Source: Gemmatimonadota bacterium
GTDB taxonomy: Bacteria > Gemmatimonadota > Gemmatimonadetes > Gemmatimonadales > GWC2-71-9
NCBI GenBank assembly: GCA_003221085.1
Contig: QHUD01000101.1
Coordinates: 1 to 35,119, forward strand
Length of the DNA: 35,119 nucleotides
Reading direction: 5' to 3'
A program made the position numbers and the translations under genes. Of the stretch, positions 8,037-16,519 are shown in pieces. How positions within the stretch are numbered: the stretch's first letter is position 1; each line of letters opens with the position of its first letter. The notes under the pieces were generated by a model. The model was not told the DNA's origin. It made no database searches and was given only the letters and a program-made list of their open reading frames with translations.

Positions 8037-9482
8037 ATGGTCGACACGTCCGCTGTGAAACGCCCGCGCGAGCCTGCGGCGATCCGGCTCGGTCTCGCGA
8101 TCTCCGACTGGACCGAGCGCTGGTTCCCGGATGCGTTCGTCTTCGCCCTCGTGGGGATCGTGGTTGTGTTCGTCACCGGCCTGCTGCTCGGGCGGGGCCC
8201 CGCGCAGATGACGCGCGACTTCGGCGGCGGCTTCTGGTCGCGCATTCCCTTCACGATGCAGATGGCGCTCATCGTCATCTTTGGCTACGTCGTGGCGTCC
8301 TCACCGCCCGTCTATCGTCTCGTGCAGTGGCTCGCCACAATCCCGAAGACACCGCGGACCGCGGTCGCGTGGATCGCCCTGTTTGCAACCGTCTCGTCGC
8401 TCCTGTCGTGGGGGTTCAGCCTCGTGTTCAGCGGGCTCCTGGTCCGCGAGGTGGTGCGGCGCGTCCCGCAAACCGACTACCGCGCCGCAGGGGCCGCCGG
8501 CTACCTCGGTCTCGGCAGCGTGTGGGCGCTTGGCCTCTCGTCGTCCGCAGCGCTGCTCATGGCCACCAAGGGATCGATCCCCGCTTCGCTGCTGCCGATC
8601 TCGGGCGTGCTGCCGCTTTCGCGGACGATTTTCCTCTGGCAGAGCATCGTCACGGCGATCGTCCTCATAGCGGTCTCCGTCCTCGTTGCCTATTTGACGG
8701 CGCCGGACGGGCAGAGGGCGCGCACCGCGGAGAGCTACGGTATGCGCCCCGAGCCCCTGGAGATCCGCACCCCCGCGCGGCAGCACCCCGGCGAATGGCT
8801 GGAACACAGCCCCCTGCTGACGATTCTCATCGTGATCGTGGGGGTCGCCTACCTAGTGCAGCTGTTCGCCTCGAAGGGCGGCGGGATCGCGGCGGGGATC
8901 GCGCAGGCGCTCGACCTGAACACCTACAACTTCATCTTCATGCTCGCCGGCCTGCTGCTGCACTGGCGGCCGCGGCGGTTCCTCGAGGCCGTCACGCGAT
9001 CCGTCCCCGCGACCGCGGGCGTGCTCATCCAGTTCCCGTTCTATGCGGGGATCTTCGGCATGATCACCGGCACCGCGAGCGACCCGTCGCCGATCTCACA
9101 GTGGCTCGCCGGGCTGTTCGTCCGCGTCGCGGACGCCAACGGGTATCCGATCCTGGTGTCGATCTACTCGGCCGTGCTCGGCCTGTTCGTGCCCTCAGGC
9201 GGGAGCAAGTGGGTGATCGAAGCGCCATATCTGCTACAGGCCGCGAACACCCTGAACGTGAACCTCGGCTGGGTGGTGCAGATTTACAACGCCGCGGAGG
9301 CCCTGCCGAACCTCATCAACCCGTTCTGGATGCTGCCGCTCCTCGGGCTCCTGGGCGTGCGCGCACGCGACCTCGTCGGCTACGCGGCCGTGCAGCTCCT
9401 CGTGCACCTGCCGGTGGTGTTGTTTCTGATGTGGCTCTTCGCGCGCACGCTGCCATACGTCGCCCCGGCGGTGCCGCCGTGA
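8037..9482 (+). CDS. atoE: short-chain fatty acid transporter, AtoE family
   Basis: GAGGGGAG precedes ATG 8037. There are strong block matches to E. coli AtoE as I recall it: WFPDAFVFAL, GGGFW...MQMALIVIFGY, REVVRRVPQTDY, IQFPFYAGIFGM, VPSGGSKWVIEAPY, FWMLPLLGLLGVRARDLVGY. Confidence 0.87.
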   Translation: MVDTSAVKRPREPAAIRLGLAISDWTERWFPDAFVFALVGIVVVFVTGLLLGRGPAQMTRDFGGGFWSRIPFTMQMALIVIFGYVVASSPPVYRLVQWLATIPKTPRTAVAWIALFATVSSLLSWGFSLVFSGLLVREVVRRVPQTDYRAAGAAGYLGLGSVWALGLSSSAALLMATKGSIPASLLPISGVLPLSRTIFLWQSIVTAIVLIAVSVLVAYLTAPDGQRARTAESYGMRPEPLEIRTPARQHPGEWLEHSPLLTILIVIVGVAYLVQLFASKGGGIAAGIAQALDLNTYNFIFMLAGLLLHWRPRRFLEAVTRSVPATAGVLIQFPFYAGIFGMITGTASDPSPISQWLAGLFVRVADANGYPILVSIYSAVLGLFVPSGGSKWVIEAPYLLQAANTLNVNLGWVVQIYNAAEALPNLINPFWMLPLLGLLGVRARDLVGYAAVQLLVHLPVVLFLMWLFARTLPYVAPAVPP

Positions 9483-9553
9483 CGCCTTGCGGCGACGGAG
9501 CCACGAAGCGACTTTGTCCCGCCACCAGCGGCCGCACATACGGAGGCAGGTCC

Positions 9554-10966
9554 ATGACCAAGCGGAAGACAATCAATCGACGCGACTTCGTGACCACCAC
9601 GACCGGGGTCGCCCTGGGCGCCGCGCTCGGCCCGACTATCCGGATCAGGCGCCCCGAGAAGACCCTCAAGATCCTCCAGTGGAGTCATTTCGTCCCGTCC
9701 TACGACGTCTGGTTCGACAAGTACGCCAAGGAGTGGGGCACGGCCAAAGGGGTCGAAGTCACCGTCGACCACATCTCCCTCGCCGACCTGGGCACTCGGG
9801 CGAATGCCGAAGTCGCCGCCCAGCAAGGGCACGATCTGTTCCAGTTCCTGTCGCCGCCGGGCGCCTTCGAGCCACAGGTACTCGACATGGCCGACGTGGT
9901 CAAGGAAGCCGAACGACAAAACGGGCCCTTGCTCGACCTGTGCAAGCGCAGCACCTACAACCCGGTAACGCACAAATGGTTTGGCTTCACCGATAACTAC
10001 GTCCCGGACCCCGGCGATTACCTGAAGAGCATTTGGACCGAAATCGGGATGCCGGAGGGCCCGGTCACGTGGGAGGACCTGGTCAAAGCCGCCCCGCTGA
10101 TCAAGGCCAAGCATCCCGAGATCCAGATCCCGATCGGGATCGGCATGTCGCAGGAGCTCGACTCCAACATGGCCGCCCGCGCCATGTTGTGGTCGTACGA
10201 TGGGTCCATCCAGGACGCGAACGAGAACGTGGTCCTCAAGTCGGATCACAATCTCGAGGCACTGGAGTTCGGCGTGCGCCTCTTCAAGGCAGGGATGAAC
10301 CTGTCGGTCATGAGCTGGAACGCGGCGTCCAACAACCAGGCCCTCAATTCCCGTCAGACGGGCTACATCCTGAACTCCATCTCCGCTTACCGCACGGCGC
10401 AGGACAACAAGCTCCCGGTGGCTGACGATACCTTCTTCGTGCCGGCGCTCAAGGGGCCGCGCGGCACCGGGTGGGCGAGCGAGCACGTGATGGGCATCTA
10501 CGTGATCTGGAAGTTCGCGCAGAGCCCGGACCTGGCGAAGCAGTTCCTCCTCGACTTGCTCGGGCACTACCGCGACGCGGTCCTGGGAAGCAAGCTGTAC
10601 AACTTCCCCTCGTACACCGGGTCGGTCGCTGACCCGGGCATCCCAGTCGCACAGAAGGTCGCCTCGGGCAACAAGTGGCTCGAGCAGGTCACGGCGAACG
10701 ATCCGTTCGGCTCGACCCCGCCCTCGAAGCTCAAGCCGATCAGCACCGCCCTGCAGTGGGCGACCAACATCGGACACCCGGGACCCGCCAATCCAGCGGA
10801 GAGCGAGATCTTCGACACCTTCGTCCTGCCGACCATGTTCGCCAACGCGGCGACGGGACGGATGAGCGCGAAGCAGGCCCTGGACGAGGCACACCAGCAA
10901 GCCAAGAAGATTTTCGAGAAGTGGCGGGCCAAGGGCCTCGTGGCGGGGGGCTCGGGCGATCGCTGA
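9554..10966 (+). CDS. ABC transporter solute-binding protein (family 1-like) with a twin-arginine signal
   Basis: GGAGG (9542-9546) precedes ATG 9554. The N-terminus MTKRKTINRRDFVTTTTGVALGAALG has an RRxFV Tat motif. The mature part has the pattern and size (470 aa) of carbohydrate-type SBPs. The longer listed ORF from 8327 is an out-of-frame extension over atoE. Confidence 0.82.
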   Translation: MTKRKTINRRDFVTTTTGVALGAALGPTIRIRRPEKTLKILQWSHFVPSYDVWFDKYAKEWGTAKGVEVTVDHISLADLGTRANAEVAAQQGHDLFQFLSPPGAFEPQVLDMADVVKEAERQNGPLLDLCKRSTYNPVTHKWFGFTDNYVPDPGDYLKSIWTEIGMPEGPVTWEDLVKAAPLIKAKHPEIQIPIGIGMSQELDSNMAARAMLWSYDGSIQDANENVVLKSDHNLEALEFGVRLFKAGMNLSVMSWNAASNNQALNSRQTGYILNSISAYRTAQDNKLPVADDTFFVPALKGPRGTGWASEHVMGIYVIWKFAQSPDLAKQFLLDLLGHYRDAVLGSKLYNFPSYTGSVADPGIPVAQKVASGNKWLEQVTANDPFGSTPPSKLKPISTALQWATNIGHPGPANPAESEIFDTFVLPTMFANAATGRMSAKQALDEAHQQAKKIFEKWRAKGLVAGGSGDR

Positions 10967-10968
10967 GC

Positions 10969-11502
10969 CTAGCGGACCTGGACGGCGGCGGGGTGGCGCA
11001 CGCTGCCGTCCACGGCCTTCGTGGCCACGTCGAGCGAATCCAGGTCCCACATCACCACCGTGACCAGGTCGGGCGCGGCGGCGAACGTTTTGAGGTCCAG
11101 CGCGGATAGGCCGCGCTCCTTGAGCGCGTGGCCCGCCGCATCGGCGCGGTAGGGGTGGGTGTGGAACGAGCCCACCAGCCCCTCCACCCCCTCGCAATCG
11201 CCCGCAACGGCGAATTGCAGCTGCTTCAAATGCCTGGCGTCCACGAGCTGGCGCACGAACAGCGTGTCACCCGCCACGTCCCCCACGAGGCAGCCGAGGT
11301 ACTCCCGTTGCGTCGGCTTTCCGGTGCCAAGCAGCTGGGTCAGGGTGTTCTGGTCGGCCAGCTCGTCCCAATGGCGGTTGTTTTCGACCCAGAGGGCGCT
11401 CATGAGGCCGCGGGTCTGGGCGGGGAGGACGACGACGGAGAACTTGGGGGAGCTGCTCCCAAGCATCGCACCCACCACCCCCAGCGTCACCAGCAGTCTC
11501 AT
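10969..11502 (-). CDS. hypothetical protein with an N-terminal signal-like segment and a JAB/MPN (JAMM)-like metalloprotease motif set
   Basis: Third-position G/C bias is strong. The ATG overlaps the upstream PEBP stop (ATGA). The N-terminus MRLLVTLGVVGAMLGSSSP is hydrophobic. The JAMM-like elements are REYLGCLVG (E-x2-G-x-L-x-G), LVGSFHTHPY (HxH) and GLSALD (SxxD), but the spacer between HxH and SxxD is longer than canonical. The coding call is solid. The family call is tentative. Confidence 0.6.
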   Translation of the reverse strand: MRLLVTLGVVGAMLGSSSPKFSVVVLPAQTRGLMSALWVENNRHWDELADQNTLTQLLGTGKPTQREYLGCLVGDVAGDTLFVRQLVDARHLKQLQFAVAGDCEGVEGLVGSFHTHPYRADAAGHALKERGLSALDLKTFAAAPDLVTVVMWDLDSLDVATKAVDGSVRHPAAVQVR

Positions 11503-11972
11503 CGTTTCGATCTCGCGTACGTCCCCATGAGCTGTGCCGTGGCGAGCACGTGGCCTTCCATGGCGGCTTCCACGTCTTTTTTTTGCGCACCCGCCTTGAG
11601 CTTCAGCGGCGCGTCAAGCGCGTACAGCTTGAAGAAGTAGCGGTGCGCGGGTCCTGGCGGCGGGCAGGGGCCGCCGTAGCCCGGGCGACGGAAGTCATTC
11701 CGCCCCTGGCGTGCCCCAGGCAGGTCTAGCGATTCCACCTTTGCGACGTTCTCCGGAAGGTCGGAGACGGTAGCCGGCAGACTGTAGAGCACCCAGTGAA
11801 CCCAAGTCCCGGCCGGCGCGTCCGGGTCATCGGCGATGAGGGCGAAGCTCTTCGTCCCCGGCGGCGCGCCGCTCCAGGCGAGCGGCGGGGACACGTCTGC
11901 TCCGTCGCACGTGTGTTTGGTGGGGATCGCGGCCCCGTCCTGGAAGGCCGTGCTGGTGAGTGAGAACGCCAT
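11499..11972 (-). CDS. YbhB/YbcL-family phosphatidylethanolamine-binding protein (PEBP / Raf kinase inhibitor-like)
   Basis: Hallmark blocks are SPPLAWSGAPPGTKSFALIADDPDAP, GTWVHWVLY, GRNDF...GYGGPCPP.G..HRY.F.LYALD. I chose ATG 11972 because GAGAGG precedes it. The listed ORF start at 12047 would add 25 residues, and no SD precedes it. Confidence 0.85.
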   Translation of the reverse strand: MAFSLTSTAFQDGAAIPTKHTCDGADVSPPLAWSGAPPGTKSFALIADDPDAPAGTWVHWVLYSLPATVSDLPENVAKVESLDLPGARQGRNDFRRPGYGGPCPPPGPAHRYFFKLYALDAPLKLKAGAQKKDVEAAMEGHVLATAQLMGTYARSKR

Positions 11973-12141
11973 AATCGCCTCTCGCGCGTCGGTGACCGGA
12001 AAAGTGGTAGCCAGGATCAGGAAGTAATACGCGGCCGGGCTGCCCATGGTCCAATTTTAACGGCGTGGTGGGGAGGGTGTCAGAGAACGGTCAACGCACC
12101 TTGAAACTCCCCGACATCCAGTGCATCTCTCCCGAGCATCC

Positions 12142-13821
12142 ATGAGGACCTCCTCCCGTCCACCGCGTCCGCGCGCCCTGTTTGTCGCCGCGCTGCTGCT
12201 GCTCACGCTCGCGCTGGCAGGCGCGATTTCCTGGCAGGCGTATCGCAACTTCCTCGGTCACAAGGCGACCGCCGAGCGCGTGTTGCGTGACTACGCGCGG
12301 CTCGCGGCCGCCCGCTTCGCCAACCGCACCGAGATGGCCTTGTACTACCACGCTTTCTGGCCGGCGCTGGACGCGCTCTCGCGGGCAAAGGCCGGTCAAC
12401 CGGAGACCGAGCTCCCGAGCCCGAGCCAACTGCCGGTGAGCAACGAGCCCCACGCAGCCGAGTTTCGCAAGCTCGCCCGCTACACGTTCCGGTACGACCT
12501 GCTGGGCGGGCGGCTGGAAACGGCGGGTGGGACTCCGTCGCCTGCCGTGCGACGGTGGCTGCGGGATACGCTACCCGTTCACAGCCGCACGGTCTACGAT
12601 CCGAAGGAGCGCCTCGGCGCGATCGTGCGCACGGTGGACGGCGTGTCGCGCGCGATCGTCTACACCATGGTGAGCGACAAGTCCGGGGCCCCGCGTACGC
12701 TGGTCGGCGTCGAGGAAGACCCCCGTGGCTTCGAGCCGCTGTACACGGCGGACGAGGACAAGTTTCCGTTGTTGCCACGCCCCTTGACAGGGGGCGTGAG
12801 CTACGATTCGCTGGGCTCGGCGATCGTTACCGGGGCGGATGGCGTAGAGCTGTACCGTTCTCCCGTACAATACGCGCCGTTGTTCGCCGCCCGGGACTCG
12901 TTTCAGGAACCAATGATGGGCAGGTTGCAGGTTCAGGTCGCGCTGCGACCCGATATGGCGCCAAACCTCGTGATCGGCGGCATGCCCCGATCGAACCTGC
13001 CGATGCTGCTCTCGTTGTTCGCGCTGACGGCGGGCTTCGTCGTCGCCGCACTGCTGCAGCTGCGACGCGAGTATGACCTGTCGCGACTGCGCGCCGACTT
13101 CGTCTCGGGCGTGTCCCACGAGCTACGCACCCCGCTCGCGCAAATCCGCATGTTCTCGGAGACCTTGTTGCTGGGCCGTGTCCGCTCCGACGAGGAGCGC
13201 GACCGCTCGCTCGAGATCATCGACCAGGAAGCGCGCCGGCTCACCCACCTCGTGGAAAATCTGCTGCACTTCTCGCGCTCGGAGCGGCGGCTCACCCGAC
13301 TCTCCCCGTCCCCGGCGCCGCTCGCACCACTCGTGAGCGAAGCGGCCGAAGGGTTTGCGCCGCTCGCCGCCGCGCGCGGGGTCGCCTTGCGCACCGACCT
13401 CGCCGATGGCGTGGTGGCACCGGTCGACGCCGACGCCCTGCGTCAGATGCTCCTCAACCTGCTCGACAACGCGGTGAAGTACGGGCCCGCCGGCCAAACC
13501 GTCACGCTCGGTCTCAGCGTGGGCGACGGCCGGGCGCGCATCTGTGTGGACGACCAGGGACCAGGCATTCCGGCGGCCGACCGCGAGCGCATCTGGGATC
13601 AGTTCTGGCGGCTCGAGCGCGACCGTGGCTCGGCCGTCGCGGGCACGGGCATCGGCCTGTCCGTCGTCCGCGAGCTGGTGGCGCTGCACGGCGGTCGCGC
13701 ATGGGCCGAAGACGCGCCCGGCTCCGGTGGCCGCTTCGTGATCGAGCTACCGCTCGAGCCCCCGCCCCACCCCGCGCGGCGGGCCGGGTCGCTGCAGACC
13801 GATGCAGGAGCGACCGCATGA
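12142..13821 (+). CDS. sensor histidine kinase (two TM segments, ~270-aa periplasmic domain, HisKA + HATPase_c)
   Basis: The H-box is FVSGVSHELRTPLAQI, the N-box is LLNLLDNAVKYG, and the G-boxes are DDQGPGIP and GTGIGLSVV. The start is either ATG 12142 or GTG 12121. Confidence 0.9.
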   Translation: MRTSSRPPRPRALFVAALLLLTLALAGAISWQAYRNFLGHKATAERVLRDYARLAAARFANRTEMALYYHAFWPALDALSRAKAGQPETELPSPSQLPVSNEPHAAEFRKLARYTFRYDLLGGRLETAGGTPSPAVRRWLRDTLPVHSRTVYDPKERLGAIVRTVDGVSRAIVYTMVSDKSGAPRTLVGVEEDPRGFEPLYTADEDKFPLLPRPLTGGVSYDSLGSAIVTGADGVELYRSPVQYAPLFAARDSFQEPMMGRLQVQVALRPDMAPNLVIGGMPRSNLPMLLSLFALTAGFVVAALLQLRREYDLSRLRADFVSGVSHELRTPLAQIRMFSETLLLGRVRSDEERDRSLEIIDQEARRLTHLVENLLHFSRSERRLTRLSPSPAPLAPLVSEAAEGFAPLAAARGVALRTDLADGVVAPVDADALRQMLLNLLDNAVKYGPAGQTVTLGLSVGDGRARICVDDQGPGIPAADRERIWDQFWRLERDRGSAVAGTGIGLSVVRELVALHGGRAWAEDAPGSGGRFVIELPLEPPPHPARRAGSLQTDAGATA

Positions 13822-14501
13822 CGCGAATCCTCGTGGTCGAGGACAATGCCGATCTCGCCTACGGCCTGCGCAACAACCTCGAGATCGAGGGCTACGACGT
13901 CGTCGTGGTCGAGGACGGGACCCAGGGGCTGGCCCGTGCCCGGGACGCCGGGCCCGACCTGATCATTCTCGATTTGATGCTGCCGGGTCTGGACGGCTAC
14001 CGGGTCCTCCGCGCGCTGCGCGACGAGGGGCGGCGGATGCCGATCCTCATCCTCACCGCGCGCGGCGAGGAGGCCGACAAGGTTCGCGGGCTGCGTCTGG
14101 GGGCGGACGACTACGTGACGAAGCCGTTCGGCGTGCTCGAGCTCCTGGCGCGCGTCGAGGCGCTGTTGCGGCGGACGGCTCCGCCAGGAGACGGCGCCGG
14201 AGAGCCCGAGCAGTTCGGCGCCGTGGAAGTCATCCCCGCCTCCCGCACCGTGCTGCGGAGCGGCCGGCCGGTGGCGCTGACGCCGAAGGAGTTCGACCTG
14301 CTGCTCGCGCTGCTGCGACGCGGCGGAGCCGTGGTGAGCCGCATGGAGCTGCTCACGGAGGTGTGGGGGTACAGCGCCGCCGTGCTCAGCCGCACCGTGG
14401 ACACCCATGTGGCCGAGCTGCGCCGCAAGCTCGAGAGCGATCCCGCGGCGCCGCAGCACATTCTCACCGTCCGCAAGGCCGGCTACCGACTCGAGAAGTA
14501 G
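13818..14501 (+). CDS. OmpR/PhoB-family response regulator
   Basis: The start overlaps the kinase stop (ATGA). The receiver has ILVVEDN...LIILDLMLPGLDG...KP. The winged-helix output has LTPKEFDLLLALL...VDTHVAELRRKL...ILTVRKAGYRL. Confidence 0.93.
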   Translation: MTRILVVEDNADLAYGLRNNLEIEGYDVVVVEDGTQGLARARDAGPDLIILDLMLPGLDGYRVLRALRDEGRRMPILILTARGEEADKVRGLRLGADDYVTKPFGVLELLARVEALLRRTAPPGDGAGEPEQFGAVEVIPASRTVLRSGRPVALTPKEFDLLLALLRRGGAVVSRMELLTEVWGYSAAVLSRTVDTHVAELRRKLESDPAAPQHILTVRKAGYRLEK

Positions 14502-14508
14502 CGCCGCC

Positions 14509-15534
14509 CTAGCGCCCCACCACCAGAATCACAAACGTCCCCGGAACGACGACGGGCCGTGGGCGCGGCTGCTCCGGCGTCGGCGCCGGCGCGGGACCGA
14601 AGTCTGCCGTCGCGAGGAACACCGCGTGGGTCCGCGGATCGAGCGCCAGGGTGCGCGCGCCGCGCTGCGTTGGGACGGTGTCGACGACGGCAAAACTATC
14701 GGGACTCACCTCCCGGACGACCGTGAGCGTGCCCTCGCCGTTCGAGCTGAACGCGAGCCCGGTCCCGGGATCGAACGCCGTGCCGTCCACGGCGCCGCCG
14801 ATCGGGAGCTTCGCGACGACGCGCCCACTCCCGGGATCGACCACGACCATCAGGCGGTTCGAGCAGCCGACGAACAATCGCGCGTGCGCCGCGTCGAGCG
14901 AGAGGCCGGTGGGCTCTTCGCACGGCGCGAGCGGCCAGCGAGCCGCGACGGCGAGGCGGCGGGCATCGAGCACCACCAGCTCGGCGGTGTTCTCGATGTT
15001 CACGAAGATCCGGCCGTCGCCCGGCGCGACCGCGAACTCGGGCTTGCCGCCAAGGGCGACCGTGCCGGCCACGGCACCGGCCATCAGGTCGATCGCGGTG
15101 GCGTTCTGCCCAGCCCCGTTGAACGTGAATACGCGATGCGTCGCCGGCTCGTAGACGATGGCGTCCGGATTGCCTCCGGTGGTGCGCACGCGCCCGAGGG
15201 CCTGGAGTGACTGCACGTCGAATATCGTGACCGAGCCGTCGCGTCCGTTGCTGGTCGCTCCGCGTCCCACATCGGGTGCCAACGCCACGCCGTGGACTCC
15301 CGGCGTGTTGGGGATCTCACCCCGCCGAACGCCCGAGTCGGCGTCGATCACGACGACGTGGGTGCCGCGCGAGACGTACAGCCGGCGGGAGCCGGGGTCG
15401 AGCAGCAGATAGTCCCAGCCGCCGTCCCCGCCGAGCGGATAGCGACGCACGACATGGTAGCCGCTCGATTGGCGGGCCGGCGCGATGGCGGTCGCACAGA
15501 CGGCCACGACGACGATCATGAACCAGCGCAGCAT
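14509..15534 (-). CDS. secreted YncE/YVTN-like beta-propeller repeat protein
   Basis: The signal-like N-terminus is MLRWFMIVVVAVCATAIAPA. Repeated units of ~40 aa (..G..P.G.A.DP...R.FV....) are typical of YVTN/YncE propellers. The start is taken at the ATG of MLRWF (15532-15534). Confidence 0.78.
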   Translation of the reverse strand: MLRWFMIVVVAVCATAIAPARQSSGYHVVRRYPLGGDGGWDYLLLDPGSRRLYVSRGTHVVVIDADSGVRRGEIPNTPGVHGVALAPDVGRGATSNGRDGSVTIFDVQSLQALGRVRTTGGNPDAIVYEPATHRVFTFNGAGQNATAIDLMAGAVAGTVALGGKPEFAVAPGDGRIFVNIENTAELVVLDARRLAVAARWPLAPCEEPTGLSLDAAHARLFVGCSNRLMVVVDPGSGRVVAKLPIGGAVDGTAFDPGTGLAFSSNGEGTLTVVREVSPDSFAVVDTVPTQRGARTLALDPRTHAVFLATADFGPAPAPTPEQPRPRPVVVPGTFVILVVGR

Positions 15535-15607
15535 GGGTGAAATCGACGCCGCGCCGGGCGACTTGTAAAGGTGCATTCACGACCGGAACGGTGTAGTGTT
15601 CTCCCCC

Positions 15608-16519
15608 ATGACCGATCTCCGGCCTCCCGCGCGTTACCAAGTCGGCCTGGTCCAGATGGCGATGTCAGCGGACCCCAACGCGAACGTGCGGCGAGCGGTC
15701 GCAAAAGTGGCGGAGGCCGCGGCGGCCGGCGCGCAGCTCGTTTGCCTTCCGGAACTGTTCCGGTCGCAGTACTTCGCGCAGCGGGAGGACCCCGCGCTGT
15801 TCGATCTGGCCGAGCCCATCCCGGGCCCGAGCACGGAGGCACTGGGGAAGGCGGCGAAGCAGGCCGGGGTCGTCGTGATCGCGCCCGTGTTCGAGCGCCG
15901 CGCCGCGGGTCTCTACCACAACAGCGCCGCGACGATCGACGCCGACGGGCGCGTCGTGGGGATCTACCGCAAGATGCACATCCCCGACGATCCGGCTTAT
16001 TACGAGAAGTTCTACTTCACGCCCGGCGACCTGGGCTTTCGGGCGTTCGATACGCGCGTGGGACGGATCGGCACGCTCGTATGCTGGGATCAGTGGTATC
16101 CCGAAGGCGCGCGCCTCACGGCGCTGCAGGGCGCCAACGTGCTCTTTTACCCGACGGCGATCGGCTGGCATCCGAAGGAGAAGGCGACCCAGGGCGCCCA
16201 GCAGCTCGATGCCTGGCGCACGATCCAGCGCAGCCACGCGATCGCTAACGGCTGTTACGTCGCTGCGGTGAACCGGGTCGGCCTCGAGCGCCCCGCCAGC
16301 GGAGAAGGCGATGGGATCGAGTTCTGGGGCTCCTCCTTTCTGTCGGATCCGTTCGGCGCCGTCGTGGCCGAGGCGCCCACGGACCGCGAGGCGATCCTGG
16401 TGGGCGAAATCGACCTTGCGCGCATCGAGGAAGTGCGGCGCGGCTGGCCCTTCCTGCGAGACCGCCGGGTCGACGCCTATGCGGGCATCGGCAGTCGTTT
16501 CCTCGACGACCATCCGTAG
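15608..16519 (+). CDS. aguB: N-carbamoylputrescine amidase (carbon-nitrogen hydrolase family)
   Basis: The nitrilase-superfamily triad context is CLPELF (E), YRKMHIP (K) and TLVCWDQWYPE (C), with overall CPA-like blocks (YYEKFYFTPGD, FYPTAIGW). It lies adjacent to aguA. The start is ATG 15608 or GTG 15596. Confidence 0.87.
   Translation: MTDLRPPARYQVGLVQMAMSADPNANVRRAVAKVAEAAAAGAQLVCLPELFRSQYFAQREDPALFDLAEPIPGPSTEALGKAAKQAGVVVIAPVFERRAAGLYHNSAATIDADGRVVGIYRKMHIPDDPAYYEKFYFTPGDLGFRAFDTRVGRIGTLVCWDQWYPEGARLTALQGANVLFYPTAIGWHPKEKATQGAQQLDAWRTIQRSHAIANGCYVAAVNRVGLERPASGEGDGIEFWGSSFLSDPFGAVVAEAPTDREAILVGEIDLARIEEVRRGWPFLRDRRVDAYAGIGSRFLDDHP

Noticed and set aside
9380-11197. 605-aa minus-strand ORF
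   Set aside because: It is antisense to the solute-binding protein gene and runs across two real gene boundaries. The sequence is Arg/Gly/Pro-rich nonsense.
11973-12047. 25-codon N-terminal extension of the PEBP gene (possible signal peptide MGSPAAYYFLILATTFPVTDA)
   Set aside because: There is no SD and no positively charged n-region, whereas the internal ATG at 11972 is preceded by GAGAGG. I keep it only as an alternative. If it is real, the PEBP would be exported like YbcL.
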